A stretch of DNA of 64,000 nt from Rhodothermales bacterium (GCA_965117025.1 OZ220746.1:2357650-2421649); one strand, 5' to 3'. Positions 1 through 10,488 are shown, numbered from the stretch's first letter. Numbers and translations: made by a program. The notes: generated by a model from the letters alone, not told the origin.

Positions 1-1934
1 CGCGCGACTGGGGGATGGGCGAGGCTGCTTCCTCGAACGGCGCGACGTACGCTGATCTGGACGACGACGGGGATCTCGATCTTGTGGTCAATAACATCAA
101 TGCGGAAGCTTTTGTCTACCGCAACGATGCGGACCGCCTTGCTATGGGGCGTCACCTGAAGGTTCGTCTTGAAGGGCCGGAAAGCAACCGGTTCGGGATC
201 GGCGCTGTGGTCGAGGCTACGGGGGGAGGCCGGCGGTTTTACCGGGAAATGAACCCGGTCCGGGGGTATTTGTCGTCCGTGGAGCCGGCGCTTTTTTTCG
301 GCCTGGGCGAATTGGAGCAGGTCGATCTCGAGGTGGTCTGGCCGGATGGCGCGCGCCAGCGGCTGCAGGGTGTGCCGGCGAATCAAACGGTGACGCTGCA
401 TCGCCGGGACGCCGATTTCGAGGCGCCGGATGAAGAGGAAGTTCTGCAAGCCCCTCCATTTTTCATGGAGGCCCCGGATGGCAGGGGTCTCCAGTTCGTT
501 CATGAAGAGAATCCGTTCGTCGATTTCGAGCGCGAGCGCCTGCTCCCGCATATGTTGTCGCGCCAGGGCCCCGCGCTTGCAGCCGGCGATACGGACGGAG
601 ACGGGCTGGAGGATGTATTCGTCGGCGGAGCAAGCGGCCAGTCCGGCGTGCTCTTTTTGCAGCGCCCCGACGGATCGTTTTACCGGGGTCCCGGCGCGGC
701 TTTCGAAGCGCATAGCGGCTATGAGGATACGGACGCGCTTTTTCTGGATGCGGACGGCGACGGGGACCAGGACCTGTATGTGGTCAGCGGCGGCTCGTTC
801 GACGCGGAGGATATGTCGGTTTATCAGGACCGCCTGTACGTCAATGACGGCGCCGGTGTTTTCACCCATGCCGCCCAGGCTTTGCCTGCCTTGCACAGCA
901 GCGGAGGTACGGTGGCGGGGCACGATTTTGACAGGGATGGGGATACCGATCTGTTTGTGGGCGGGCGGGTGCTTCCGGGCCGCTACCCGCTTGCTCCGCC
1001 AAGTTATCTGCTGGAGAATAGGGGTGGAGGGTTCGTGGACGTTACGCCGGAGGCGTTGCGTACGCCCGGCATGGTGACCGATGCCTTATGGACAGACATG
1101 GATGGGGATCGGCGCGCCGAACTGGTTCTGGCGGGAGAGTGGATGCCGATTCGGGCATTCCGGTACACCGGAGAATGGACGGAGATCCCCGCTTCCGAAT
1201 CGGGTTTCGCCGGCACGGCGGGCTGGTGGAACGTCTTGCGCGCGCAGGATCTGGACGGCGACGGCGATATTGACCTGATTGCCGGCAACCGGGGGTTGAA
1301 TGCCCAGATGCAAGCCGGTCCGGACAAGCCTGCTGCGGTGTATTCCGCGGATTTTGGCGCCGACGGGCGTTCCGAATTCGTGATGGGGTATTACATCGGT
1401 GAGCAAAGGCATCCCGTCCCCTGGCGAGACGAGTTGCTGGAAGAGATTCCGTTGCTTGCCCGGCAGTTCCCGGATTACGCCTCGTATGCCCGCGCCACGC
1501 TGGAGGATGTGTTTTCCGAGGTGGAGCCTGCGGTCAGGCTGGAAGCCTTCCGATTTTCAAGCAGTGTTTTCGAGAACACCGGAGAGGGTCGGTTTGAGGT
1601 TCGGGAATTGCCTGTCGAAGCGCAGTTTGCTCCGGTGCACGCCATTCTTTTCGAGGATGCGGACGGCGATGGACGGACGGATATGCTTCTGGCAGGCAAT
1701 GCTTTCGAGGCGCGGGTGCAGTGGGGCCGTTACAACGGGAGTCGCGGGCTTCTTTTATTGAATCGCGGGGAGATGACCTGGGAAAGCGTTCCTGTTTCCC
1801 GGAGCGGTTTTTTGACGCCCGGGGTAGTGCGCGACATGGTTCGCGTCGTTACTGCAACGGGTCCGCTTATGGTTGTTGCGCAGAATGACGGGGCCTTGAA
1901 GGCATTCGTGCCGGGCGCCGCCAGCCCCTTATAG
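1..1934 (+). CDS. CRTAC1/ASPIC-UnbV family FG-GAP (VCBS) repeat protein, 5' end outside window
   Basis: The frame is open from nt 3 (RDWGM...), so the listed M at 15 is internal. Repeated Ca-type FG-GAP motifs (ADLDDDGDLDLVV, DADGDGDQDLYVVSGG, DLDGDGDIDLIAG) and a UnbV_ASPIC-like block (RFGIGAVVEATGGGRRFYREMNPVRGYLSSVEP). Colinear with the C-terminal ~640 aa of the next gene. Confidence 0.8.
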   Translation, partial: RDWGMGEAASSNGATYADLDDDGDLDLVVNNINAEAFVYRNDADRLAMGRHLKVRLEGPESNRFGIGAVVEATGGGRRFYREMNPVRGYLSSVEPALFFGLGELEQVDLEVVWPDGARQRLQGVPANQTVTLHRRDADFEAPDEEEVLQAPPFFMEAPDGRGLQFVHEENPFVDFERERLLPHMLSRQGPALAAGDTDGDGLEDVFVGGASGQSGVLFLQRPDGSFYRGPGAAFEAHSGYEDTDALFLDADGDGDQDLYVVSGGSFDAEDMSVYQDRLYVNDGAGVFTHAAQALPALHSSGGTVAGHDFDRDGDTDLFVGGRVLPGRYPLAPPSYLLENRGGGFVDVTPEALRTPGMVTDALWTDMDGDRRAELVLAGEWMPIRAFRYTGEWTEIPASESGFAGTAGWWNVLRAQDLDGDGDIDLIAGNRGLNAQMQAGPDKPAAVYSADFGADGRSEFVMGYYIGEQRHPVPWRDELLEEIPLLARQFPDYASYARATLEDVFSEVEPAVRLEAFRFSSSVFENTGEGRFEVRELPVEAQFAPVHAILFEDADGDGRTDMLLAGNAFEARVQWGRYNGSRGLLLLNRGEMTWESVPVSRSGFLTPGVVRDMVRVVTATGPLMVVAQNDGALKAFVPGAASPL

Positions 1935-2019
1935 AAGGATCGGAAATGTGCAACCGGATAGGCTGCAATACGTTTGTGTCCCGACCTTTCTTACGATCCG
2001 GCCCACGGCTACGCTCCGC

Positions 2020-5000
2020 ATGAAGCGCGCTGCTCCGCTTTCATTTCTTTTGTGCCTGTGCGCTGCGTGCGGCGGCCCGGCGGGCGAGGTCGAGTATACT
2101 GCTGCTCCGCTCTTTACACGCTTGTCCTCGGTCGAGACGGGCATCGCCTTCACGAACAGGATCGAAGAAAGGGAAGGGTTCAATGTGCTGGAGTACGAAT
2201 ACTTCTATAACGGGGCCGGTGTGGCTGCCGGCGACGTGAATGGCGATGGCCTGCCCGATTTGTATTTTTCGGCTAACATCGATCAGGACCGCCTGTATCT
2301 CAACCGGGGCGGGCTGGTGTTCGAAGACGTCACGGAACAGGCGGGTCTTGCAAGCGAATCCGGCTGGACGACCGGCGTGACGATGGCGGATGTCAACGGG
2401 GATGGGCATCTGGATATCTATGTGTGCAAATCCGGCCGGGTGAGTACGGATCGCCGCCGGAACGCCTTGTACGTCAACAACGGGGACGGGACGTTTACCG
2501 AACGAGCGGCGGAATACGGTCTGAACGATCCTGCGTATTCAAACCACGCGGCCCTGTTCGATTACGACCGGGATGGCGACCTGGACTTGTATCTGCTGAA
2601 TCATTCGATCCGGCGTTTGAGCCGCTTCGATGTGGAGTATATGCGGAGTACTCGCGACTCCCTCGCCGGCGACAAGTTGTACCGGAACGACGGCGGGTCG
2701 TTTACGGACGTGAGCGAAGCGGCGGGCATCATCGGCAATCCGCTTGGGTTCGGGCTCAGCGTGATCGTCAGCGATGTGAACCGGGACGCCTGGCCCGATC
2801 TCTACGTTTCCAACGACTATATCGAGGATGATTACCTGTATGTGAACAATGGGGACGGGACCTTTACCGAATCCGTACGCTCGTTCCTGACCCATACGTC
2901 CTACTCGTCCATGGGGGCCGACATTGCCGATGTAAACAACGATGCGTTGCCTGATATCGTGACGCTCGATATGATAGCCGAAGATCATTTCCGGCAGAAG
3001 GTGCTGCAGGGGCCGGAAGACCATGTGTTTTACGAAGACTTTAGGAATAAGGGGTTTCACGAGCAGTATATGCGCAATATGCTGCATCTGAACCGGGGAG
3101 ATGGGACGTTTGCGGAAATCGGGCAACTCGCGGGGGTTTCGAATACCGACTGGAGTTGGGCGGCGCTGCTGGCCGACTTCGATCTCGACGGCCGTAACGA
3201 CCTTTTCGTTACGAATGGCTATATGCGCGACTACACGAATCTCGATTTTCTCCGCCATACGCTGGTGAATGCATACACGGAGGCGAGCGCCCGGGGGGAA
3301 GCCTTGTCTTCGCTGGAAATGGTTCGGCAAATGCCTTCCACCCTGTTGAGTAACTATATCTATCGCAACGAATCGGGGATCGCCTTTGCGGACAAGACGC
3401 GGGACTGGGGCATGAGCGAGGGTTCCTTGTCGAACGGCGCGGCGTACGCCGATCTGGATGGCGATGGGGATCTCGACCTTGCGGTCAACAACATCAATGC
3501 AGAGGCCTTTATTTACCGGAACGATGCGGACCGTCTTGCCGCGGGGCATTATTTGAAGGTTCGCCTCGAAGGCCCGGAAGGCAATCGGTTCGGGATCGGC
3601 GCTGTGATCGAGGCAACGGGGGAAGGACAGCGTTTTTACCGGGAAATGAACCCGGTGCGGGGGTATTTATCGTCCGTGGAGCCGGTGCTTTTTTTCGGCC
3701 TGGGCGCATTGGAGCAGGTTGATCTCGAGGTGATCTGGCCGGACGGCGCGCGCCAGCGGATGCAAGGCGTGCCGGCGAATCAAACGGTGACGCTCCATCG
3801 CCGGGACGCCGATTCCGAGGCGCCGGATGAACGGGACATCCTGCAAGTCTCTCCATTTTTCATAGAGGCGCCGGATGCCCGGGGACTTCAGTTCGTCCAT
3901 GAAGAGAATCCGTTCGTCGATTTCGAGCGGGAGCGGCTTCTTCCGCATATGTTGTCGCGCCAGGGGCCGGCGCTGGCGGCCGGCGATGTGGATGGAGACG
4001 GGCTGGAGGATGTATTCGCAGGCGGGGCGCGAGGCCAGTCCGGTGCGCTCTTTTTGCAGCGTCCCGACGGATCGTTTTACCAGGGTTCCGGCGCGGCTTT
4101 CGAAGCGCATAGCGGCTATGAGGATACGGACGCGCTTTTTCTGGATGCGGACGGTGACGGTGACCAGGACCTGTACGTGGTCAGCGGCGGATCGTTCGAA
4201 GCGGAGGATATGTCGGTTTATCAGGACCGCCTGTACGTCAATGACGGCGCCGGCGGGTACGTCCATGCCGCCCAAGCCTTGCCCGATTTACACAGCAGCG
4301 GAGGTACGGTGGCGGCGCACGATTTCGATGCGGATGGCGATCTCGACCTGTTTGCAGGCGGGCGGGTGCTTCCGGGCCGCTACCCGCTTGCTCCGCAAAG
4401 TTATCTCCTGGAGAATGCGGGAGGAACGTTCGTGGATGTCACTCCGGAGGCGTTGCGGGCGCCGGGGATGGTGACCGATGCGCTGTGGACGGATATGGAT
4501 GGAGATCGGCGCGCCGAACTGGTTCTGGTGGGAGAGTGGATGCCGATCCGGGCATTCCGGTACACCGGAGAATGGGCTGAGATACCCGCTTCCGAAACAG
4601 GTCTCGCCGGTACGGCAGGCTGGTGGAATGTCCTGAGTGCGAAAGATCTGGATGGCGACGGCGATGTCGATCTGGTTGCCGGCAACAGAGGGTTGAATGC
4701 GCAGATGCAGGCCGGTCCGGACCAACCCGCCGCGGTGTATTCCGCGGATTTCGGCGGCGACGGGCATTCCGAATTCGTCATGGGATATTACATCGGCGAA
4801 CAAAGGCATCCGGTCCCCTGGCGGGACGAATTGCTGGAGGAGATACCGTTGCTTGCCCGGCAATTCCCGGATTATGCATCGTACGCCCGCGCCACGCTGG
4901 AGGATGTTTTTTCCGAAGTGGAGTCCGTGGTCAGGCTGGAGGCTTCCCGATTTTCAAGCAGCGTCTTCGAGAATACCGGAGAAGGCCGGTTCCAGGTTCG

Positions 5001-5331
5001 GGAATTGCCTGTCGAAGCGCAGTTTGCCCCGGTGCACGCTATCCTCTTCGAGGATGCGGACGGCGATGGACAGACGGATATCCTCCTTGCCGGAAATGCT
5101 TTCGAGACGCGGGTGCAGTGGGGCCGTTACAATGGGGCGCGCGGACTTCTTTTATTGAATCGCGGGGAGATGACCTGGGAAAGCGTTTCGGCGTCCCGGA
5201 GCGGTTTTTTGACACCCGGAGTAGTGCGCGGCATGGTTCGCGTTGCTGCGGCAACGGGTCCGCTTCTGGTTGTTGCGCAGAATGACGGGGCCTTGAAGGC
5301 ATTCGTGCCAGACGCTGCCAGCCCCTTATAG
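2020..5331 (+). CDS. CRTAC1/ASPIC-UnbV family FG-GAP (VCBS) repeat lipoprotein
   Basis: ORF 1948..5331, with the start moved to ATG 2020 (MKRAAPLSFLLCLCAACGG, a lipoprotein-type signal). Many DxDGDGxxD FG-GAP motifs and a UnbV_ASPIC-like block (RFGIGAVIEATGEGQRFYREMNPVRGYLSS). The C-terminal half is a close paralog of the upstream partial gene. Confidence 0.85.
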   Translation: MKRAAPLSFLLCLCAACGGPAGEVEYTAAPLFTRLSSVETGIAFTNRIEEREGFNVLEYEYFYNGAGVAAGDVNGDGLPDLYFSANIDQDRLYLNRGGLVFEDVTEQAGLASESGWTTGVTMADVNGDGHLDIYVCKSGRVSTDRRRNALYVNNGDGTFTERAAEYGLNDPAYSNHAALFDYDRDGDLDLYLLNHSIRRLSRFDVEYMRSTRDSLAGDKLYRNDGGSFTDVSEAAGIIGNPLGFGLSVIVSDVNRDAWPDLYVSNDYIEDDYLYVNNGDGTFTESVRSFLTHTSYSSMGADIADVNNDALPDIVTLDMIAEDHFRQKVLQGPEDHVFYEDFRNKGFHEQYMRNMLHLNRGDGTFAEIGQLAGVSNTDWSWAALLADFDLDGRNDLFVTNGYMRDYTNLDFLRHTLVNAYTEASARGEALSSLEMVRQMPSTLLSNYIYRNESGIAFADKTRDWGMSEGSLSNGAAYADLDGDGDLDLAVNNINAEAFIYRNDADRLAAGHYLKVRLEGPEGNRFGIGAVIEATGEGQRFYREMNPVRGYLSSVEPVLFFGLGALEQVDLEVIWPDGARQRMQGVPANQTVTLHRRDADSEAPDERDILQVSPFFIEAPDARGLQFVHEENPFVDFERERLLPHMLSRQGPALAAGDVDGDGLEDVFAGGARGQSGALFLQRPDGSFYQGSGAAFEAHSGYEDTDALFLDADGDGDQDLYVVSGGSFEAEDMSVYQDRLYVNDGAGGYVHAAQALPDLHSSGGTVAAHDFDADGDLDLFAGGRVLPGRYPLAPQSYLLENAGGTFVDVTPEALRAPGMVTDALWTDMDGDRRAELVLVGEWMPIRAFRYTGEWAEIPASETGLAGTAGWWNVLSAKDLDGDGDVDLVAGNRGLNAQMQAGPDQPAAVYSADFGGDGHSEFVMGYYIGEQRHPVPWRDELLEEIPLLARQFPDYASYARATLEDVFSEVESVVRLEASRFSSSVFENTGEGRFQVRELPVEAQFAPVHAILFEDADGDGQTDILLAGNAFETRVQWGRYNGARGLLLLNRGEMTWESVSASRSGFLTPGVVRGMVRVAAATGPLLVVAQNDGALKAFVPDAASPL

Positions 5332-5611
5332 ATAAGGCAGAAACGGTCTCGCGATACGTTTCGGAATCCGGTTCCACTGTTGTGAGCCTGCCTCTTGATT
5401 ACATGGGCAAAGGTGAAATAAGAGCTTGTACACACTGTACACACCATAACAAAGTAAAAAATTTTTTTTAATCACGAAAAACATAAAGCATTATTTATAA
5501 AAAACATACTGAATTCTACATAAGTGATGAGCAGGGATGGATAAAAAATTAATCAATTAACTAAAGGGGAATAAAATTCATGGCGACATACCCGGTTGAT
5601 TCTTAACTATG

Positions 5612-5623
5612 TTAAACGTTTAA
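5612..5623. promoter_or_regulatory. Perfect 12-bp palindrome TTAAACGTTTAA in the AT-rich leader of the SusC/SusD pair (candidate operator)
   Basis: Read directly: TTAAACGTTTAA is its own reverse complement. It lies ~95 nt upstream of the SusC ATG, inside a strikingly AT-rich intergenic stretch (about 5440..5640). The ...AAACGTTT... core resembles LacI-family half-site geometry, but no regulator gene is adjacent. Confidence 0.3.
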
Positions 5624-5717
5624 TGTACCAGCCAAGGGGGAGTTGTTTTCCCCTTGCCCGCGCTTCTTGTTTATGCTCAGGCTGCACTTACTCACTTACC
5701 TGATATCCCTTATCGCT

Positions 5718-8700
5718 ATGAAAACGGTTACAGACGCTTTCCGAATCTGCTCCGTACTGTATGTTTCGCTGGTGGTCGCCTTTTTGCTGCCGGGCTTCAA
5801 TACAGCGAATGCTCAGACCCATACCGTGAACGGTATTGTACTGGACGCCGAAGACGACGCACCGCTGCCTGGCGTAAACATCCTTGAAGAGGGCACCTTG
5901 AACGGTGCTGTCAGCGATGTAGACGGTACGTTCGAAATAACGGTGTCCAATGCGAATGCCTCGCTGGTTTTTTCGTTTGTCGGGTACGTTACGGAGACGG
6001 TCGCGGTAAACGGGCAAACCGATCTGACGGTCAGGCTTTCCGAGGATGTCGAATTGCTTGAAGAAGTGGTGGTTACCGCCTTCGGCATTGAGCGGCAGGA
6101 GCGCGCGCTCGGGTACGCCGTGAGCCAGGTTTCCGGAGAGGCCCTGCGGGAAGTGCGAGAGAACAATGTCGCGAACGCGCTGGCGGGCAAAGTGGCCGGT
6201 GTGCTCGTTTCCAAGCCTGCGACCGGTCCCGCGGGATCGAGCCGGGTGATTATCCGGGGCGTCTCGTCGCTGGGTGAGGACAGCCAGCCTCTGTATGTGG
6301 TCGACGGCGTGCCCATCGACAATTCCACGCTCGGGTCCGCCGGAATGTGGGGCGGCGCGGATGGCGGCGATGGCATCGGTTCCATTAACCCGGACGACAT
6401 CGAGAATATATCGGTGCTCAAGGGGCCTTCCGCGGCTGCGCTGTACGGTACGCGCGCCAAGAACGGGGTTGTTTTGATCACGACCAAACGCGCAACCCCC
6501 GGTCTTGGTCTCGGGGTCGAGTTTTCCAGCAACACCACCTTCGAGTCGGTGCTGGTTAACACGGACTGGCAAAACGAGTATGGCCAGGGTGCGAGAGGCG
6601 AGAAGCCGACTTCCGAGGACGAAGCGCTGAATACGGTCGATCAGGCTTGGGGGCCACGGCTGGACGGCTCCAGCGTGATCGGTTGGGACGGCACCAATCA
6701 GCCGTACAGCCGGGCGCCCAACGCCATCAACAGCTTCTATAACACGGGGCTCACCACCACGAACAGCCTTGCGCTTACGACGGCGACCGAGACCAGCTCG
6801 CTTCGCCTGGGATTCTCGCATTTGCAGAACGAAGGCGTTAGTCCCAATTCAGGGTTGTCCCGCACCTCGTTTTCCATGCGGGGCGGGTCGCAATTCGGTG
6901 CCCGACTGAGCGCGGACGCGAAGCTCAATTTCGTGCGCGAGTATGTCAAAAACCGACCGCGGCTGAGCGATTCTCCAGGCAATGCGAATTATTCCGTGTA
7001 TCAACTGGCGCCGAATGTGGATGTAACCACCATGGAGTGCCCGCCCGAGGACGAAGCATGCACGGAGCCCGGAACGGATGTGGACGGCAGGGAACTGCAT
7101 GGCGGGCAGTTGTTCGGCAACACCTTCCAGCAAAATCCTTACTGGGCGGCTCATCAGTACACCACGTCGGATGAAGACCGCCGGATCATCGGTTTCGCCT
7201 CCCTGACCTACAAGTTTGCGGACTGGATTTCGTTGACGGGTCGTTTTGGCGGCGATACCTACGCCACGCGTCGCACGGGCATTACGCCATGGGGCACGGC
7301 CTACCAGCCGTTGGGTAGTCAAAACGAGCAGGAATTCCGCATCACGGAGATCAACACCGATTTTCTGTTCAATATCGACCGTTCTCTACCCGGGAACCTC
7401 GGACTGGTGGCGACAGCCGGCGGCAACATCCTGTACCGGAGCCGGGAGAACCTGACCCTCAGCGGAGGGGGCGGATTCAACGTGCCGGGTCTGGAAGCGG
7501 TAACCAACCAGAACACGCGCTCCCACGGGTACGGCTTTAACGAGAAGCAGATCAATTCGCTGTACGGATCGGCGGAGTTGTCCTATAGCGACTACTTCTT
7601 CCTGACGGCCACGGCCCGAAACGACTGGTCCAGCACGTTGCCCATCGACAACAACTCGTATTTCTATCCTTCCGTCAGCGGGAGCTTCGTGTTTTCGGAT
7701 GCCCTGGATTTGCCGGACTGGATCAGTTTCGGCAAGCTGAGAGCGTCCTGGGCGGAAGTCGGCGGCGACACCAATCCGTATCAGCTGGCGTTGACCTACA
7801 GTTTGGCGGGAAGCCATCTTGGACAACCGCGCGGCGCGATCGCCCAGGGCCGGATTCCGCTGGCCAGCCTCAAGCCCTCCTCCAGCGTCGGCATTGAGGG
7901 CGGGTTAGACATTCGCTTCATGGACAACCGCCTGGGGCTGGACTTTACGTACTACACTCAGTCCGCGACCGACCAGATTCTTTCGACGACCATATCGAAC
8001 GCCTCCGGTTTCGGAAGCCAGGTTATCAACGCCGCCGAAATCAAGAACAGCGGCGTGGAATTGTTGCTCACCACCACGCCGTATCGCACGGGGGACTGGC
8101 GCTGGGATCTGGACGTGAACCTTTCACGCAACACCAACGAGGTGGTGGACCTGATTGAAGGGCAGACATCGCTTGTGCTTGCAGAAAGTCGCCATCGCGG
8201 CAACTTCGTGACGGCGGATGTGGGCGAGCCCTACGGTTCCATCAAGGGCCGCAAGTACCTGCGTCAGAATGTGCCGACTATGGTTGATCCCGTCTCCGGC
8301 GAAACCGTAGACGATTTCTGCAATGCCACGGGCGACATCGTACACGATGCCGACGGGTTGCCTATGCGAACGCCCGGCCTGTGCGTCCTCGGCAATGGCA
8401 CGCCCAACCTGCTCGGAGGCGTCAGCAATACGCTGCGCTGGAGAGGATTTCGCCTTGGCATGCTGATCGATATGCGCTTTGGAGGCGATATTTTCTCGGT
8501 CACCAATAGCGCCGGGTACTCGAACGGTTTGCACAAGAACACGCTCCAGGGCCGCGAGGAAGGCTTCATCGTGGGCGAAGGCGTGGACGCCGATGGCAAT
8601 CCGAACACTGTACAGGCAAACCCCCAGGACTACTGGAGCCGCATTGGCGGCGGCTTCATTGGGGAGGAATTCGTATACGACGCCAGTTTCGTCAAACTCC

Positions 8701-8927
8701 GCGAGCTGAGCTTGGGTTACCGCTTGCCTGCGCGGCTGCTTGCCAACACACCGGTCAAGGTTGCTACGGTTTCGTTGGTAGCCCGCAATCTTTGGCTGCT
8801 TTACAGCAACGTGGATAACCTCGATCCGGAGTCCATTTTCAACAACACGCAGCAAGGCATCGGCCTGGAGCACTCCGGTGTTCCGCAGACGCGCAGCATT
8901 GGCTTCAATGTCAATGTGAGGCTATAG
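5718..8927 (+). CDS. SusC/RagA family TonB-linked outer membrane protein
   Basis: ORF 5643..8927, with the start moved to ATG 5718 (MKTVTDAFRICSVLYVSLVVAFLLPGFNTANAQ signal). CarboxypepD_reg-like N-terminus (VNGIVLDAEDDAPLPGVNILEEGTLNGAVSDVDGTFEI), a plug region (VVVTAFGIERQERALGYAVSQVSGE) and a long barrel. Immediately followed by a SusD-like gene. Confidence 0.9.
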   Translation: MKTVTDAFRICSVLYVSLVVAFLLPGFNTANAQTHTVNGIVLDAEDDAPLPGVNILEEGTLNGAVSDVDGTFEITVSNANASLVFSFVGYVTETVAVNGQTDLTVRLSEDVELLEEVVVTAFGIERQERALGYAVSQVSGEALREVRENNVANALAGKVAGVLVSKPATGPAGSSRVIIRGVSSLGEDSQPLYVVDGVPIDNSTLGSAGMWGGADGGDGIGSINPDDIENISVLKGPSAAALYGTRAKNGVVLITTKRATPGLGLGVEFSSNTTFESVLVNTDWQNEYGQGARGEKPTSEDEALNTVDQAWGPRLDGSSVIGWDGTNQPYSRAPNAINSFYNTGLTTTNSLALTTATETSSLRLGFSHLQNEGVSPNSGLSRTSFSMRGGSQFGARLSADAKLNFVREYVKNRPRLSDSPGNANYSVYQLAPNVDVTTMECPPEDEACTEPGTDVDGRELHGGQLFGNTFQQNPYWAAHQYTTSDEDRRIIGFASLTYKFADWISLTGRFGGDTYATRRTGITPWGTAYQPLGSQNEQEFRITEINTDFLFNIDRSLPGNLGLVATAGGNILYRSRENLTLSGGGGFNVPGLEAVTNQNTRSHGYGFNEKQINSLYGSAELSYSDYFFLTATARNDWSSTLPIDNNSYFYPSVSGSFVFSDALDLPDWISFGKLRASWAEVGGDTNPYQLALTYSLAGSHLGQPRGAIAQGRIPLASLKPSSSVGIEGGLDIRFMDNRLGLDFTYYTQSATDQILSTTISNASGFGSQVINAAEIKNSGVELLLTTTPYRTGDWRWDLDVNLSRNTNEVVDLIEGQTSLVLAESRHRGNFVTADVGEPYGSIKGRKYLRQNVPTMVDPVSGETVDDFCNATGDIVHDADGLPMRTPGLCVLGNGTPNLLGGVSNTLRWRGFRLGMLIDMRFGGDIFSVTNSAGYSNGLHKNTLQGREEGFIVGEGVDADGNPNTVQANPQDYWSRIGGGFIGEEFVYDASFVKLRELSLGYRLPARLLANTPVKVATVSLVARNLWLLYSNVDNLDPESIFNNTQQGIGLEHSGVPQTRSIGFNVNVRL

Positions 8928-8958
8928 TTATCCAATCACGCTATACCAGAACAGATTC

Positions 8959-10488
8959 ATGACCAACCCTCAGAAGTTCTTTTCGGGCATCTTGCTGATC
9001 CTCTGCCTGCTGGTTTTGGCCTCGTGCGATAGCGGGTTCGAAGATATAAACGTGAACCCGACGCAAGCCAGTCAGATTGATCCGAATTTCAAACTGACGA
9101 ACATCCAGCTCAGGATCAGCGGCAGTCGTTACGAAAACTGGCGGACGAACCTGATCTACAGTTCCACCATGATCCAGCATTTCGCTACGCTGCCGGGCTA
9201 TTGGGCAGGCGACAAGTACACGTACATCGGTTCGTACTCTGCCGCGATGTGGGATAATTACTATAACAATATCGCCAGGAACATCGAGGATTTGCTGCTG
9301 CAGACCAGCGAAGATCCTGAACAGGCCAATATGCTTCACATCGCCCAGATTACGCGGGTGATCATGTACCACCGGCTGACGGATCTGTACGGGGACATCC
9401 CGTACTCCGAAGCGGGCAGGGGCTTTATTGACGGCATTACGCAGCCGAAGTATGATGCCCAGAGCGAAATATACGCCGACATGCTGGCGAAGCTGGAGGC
9501 TGCCGCTGCTGGGCTTACTCCGGGTAGTCCCACGTACGGGGGAGGCGACCTCATATACCAGGGGGATGTGGGCCAATGGCGCAAGTTGGCCCATTCGCTC
9601 ATGTTGCGCCTGGGGATGCGGCTGGTCAAGGTAGACCCCGGAGCCGCGCAGAGTTGGGTGCAGAAAGCCATCGCCGGGGGGACTATGGAAAGCAACGACG
9701 ACATTGCCTATGTGCCGCATAACGATCCATCCGGGTGGCAAAACGGAAACGGACAGGTTTTCGCTGCAGATAACAATCCGCGTCTGAGTAAATTCTTTGT
9801 GGACTGGATGGTGGCGCATGGCGATCCGCGCTTGGGAGTATACGGAACCATTCCTGTCGCAGGCGGCGATCCGGTAGGCATGCCCAACGGCAAGGTCGCG
9901 GGTGGATCAGATGCGGTGAACGGCATCGAGAACGATCCCAGTTGGGTTTCCTGCGATAGCGGCGCCACCCCGTGCGGCATGGACGTGTATATGCGGCCGA
10001 ACCCGGTTATTCAGGGACGGGACGACCCCATGTTCTTTATGACCTATGCCGAGGTGGAATTGCTCAAGGCCGAGGCGGCGGTTCGGGGCTGGCATGGCGG
10101 GGATCCAGCGACCCATTACGCCAACGGCGTACGCGCCGCCATGCAGTACCTGTCCATGTACGGCGCAGATGCGGTCATTTCCGACGCCGATATCGATGCA
10201 TATCTTGCGGCGCATCCGTACAATGCGGCTGCCGGGATGCAACAGATCAACGAGCAGATATGGGCGGCGACGCTGCTGAACGAGTATGAGGGGTATGCCA
10301 ACTGGAGGCGGACCGGGTATCCCGAATTGACTCCCGTGGTATTTCCCGGCAATGTGACCGGGGGCACCATTCCCCGGCGCTTGCGTTACCGCGAGGCGGA
10401 AGCCGTGGCGAATCCGGAAAATTATAGTGCCGCCGTATCTCGCCAAGGCCCGGACGAGTTGACTACGCGTATGTGGTGGGATAAATAG
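8959..10488 (+). CDS. SusD/RagB family nutrient-binding outer membrane lipoprotein
   Basis: Lipoprotein signal (LLILCLLVLASCDSGFEDINVNPT), the typical SusD-like N-terminus. Sits 31 nt after SusC. Size (509 aa) and TPR-like helical composition fit the family. Confidence 0.85.
   Translation: MTNPQKFFSGILLILCLLVLASCDSGFEDINVNPTQASQIDPNFKLTNIQLRISGSRYENWRTNLIYSSTMIQHFATLPGYWAGDKYTYIGSYSAAMWDNYYNNIARNIEDLLLQTSEDPEQANMLHIAQITRVIMYHRLTDLYGDIPYSEAGRGFIDGITQPKYDAQSEIYADMLAKLEAAAAGLTPGSPTYGGGDLIYQGDVGQWRKLAHSLMLRLGMRLVKVDPGAAQSWVQKAIAGGTMESNDDIAYVPHNDPSGWQNGNGQVFAADNNPRLSKFFVDWMVAHGDPRLGVYGTIPVAGGDPVGMPNGKVAGGSDAVNGIENDPSWVSCDSGATPCGMDVYMRPNPVIQGRDDPMFFMTYAEVELLKAEAAVRGWHGGDPATHYANGVRAAMQYLSMYGADAVISDADIDAYLAAHPYNAAAGMQQINEQIWAATLLNEYEGYANWRRTGYPELTPVVFPGNVTGGTIPRRLRYREAEAVANPENYSAAVSRQGPDELTTRMWWDK

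Noticed and set aside
2539-3549. Long antisense or alternative-frame ORFs inside confirmed genes. Examples: 2539..3549 (-), 5688..6821 (-), 8124..8873 (-), 19655..20992 (-), 24852..25850 (-), 27201..27974 (-), 43417..44274 (-), 47856..48989 (-), 60143..61552 (-), 62355..63266 (-).
   Set aside because: These are typical shadow ORFs of GC-rich DNA. They have Arg/Pro/Gly/Ala-rich composition and no motifs, and each fully overlaps a gene with strong family signatures on the other strand or frame.
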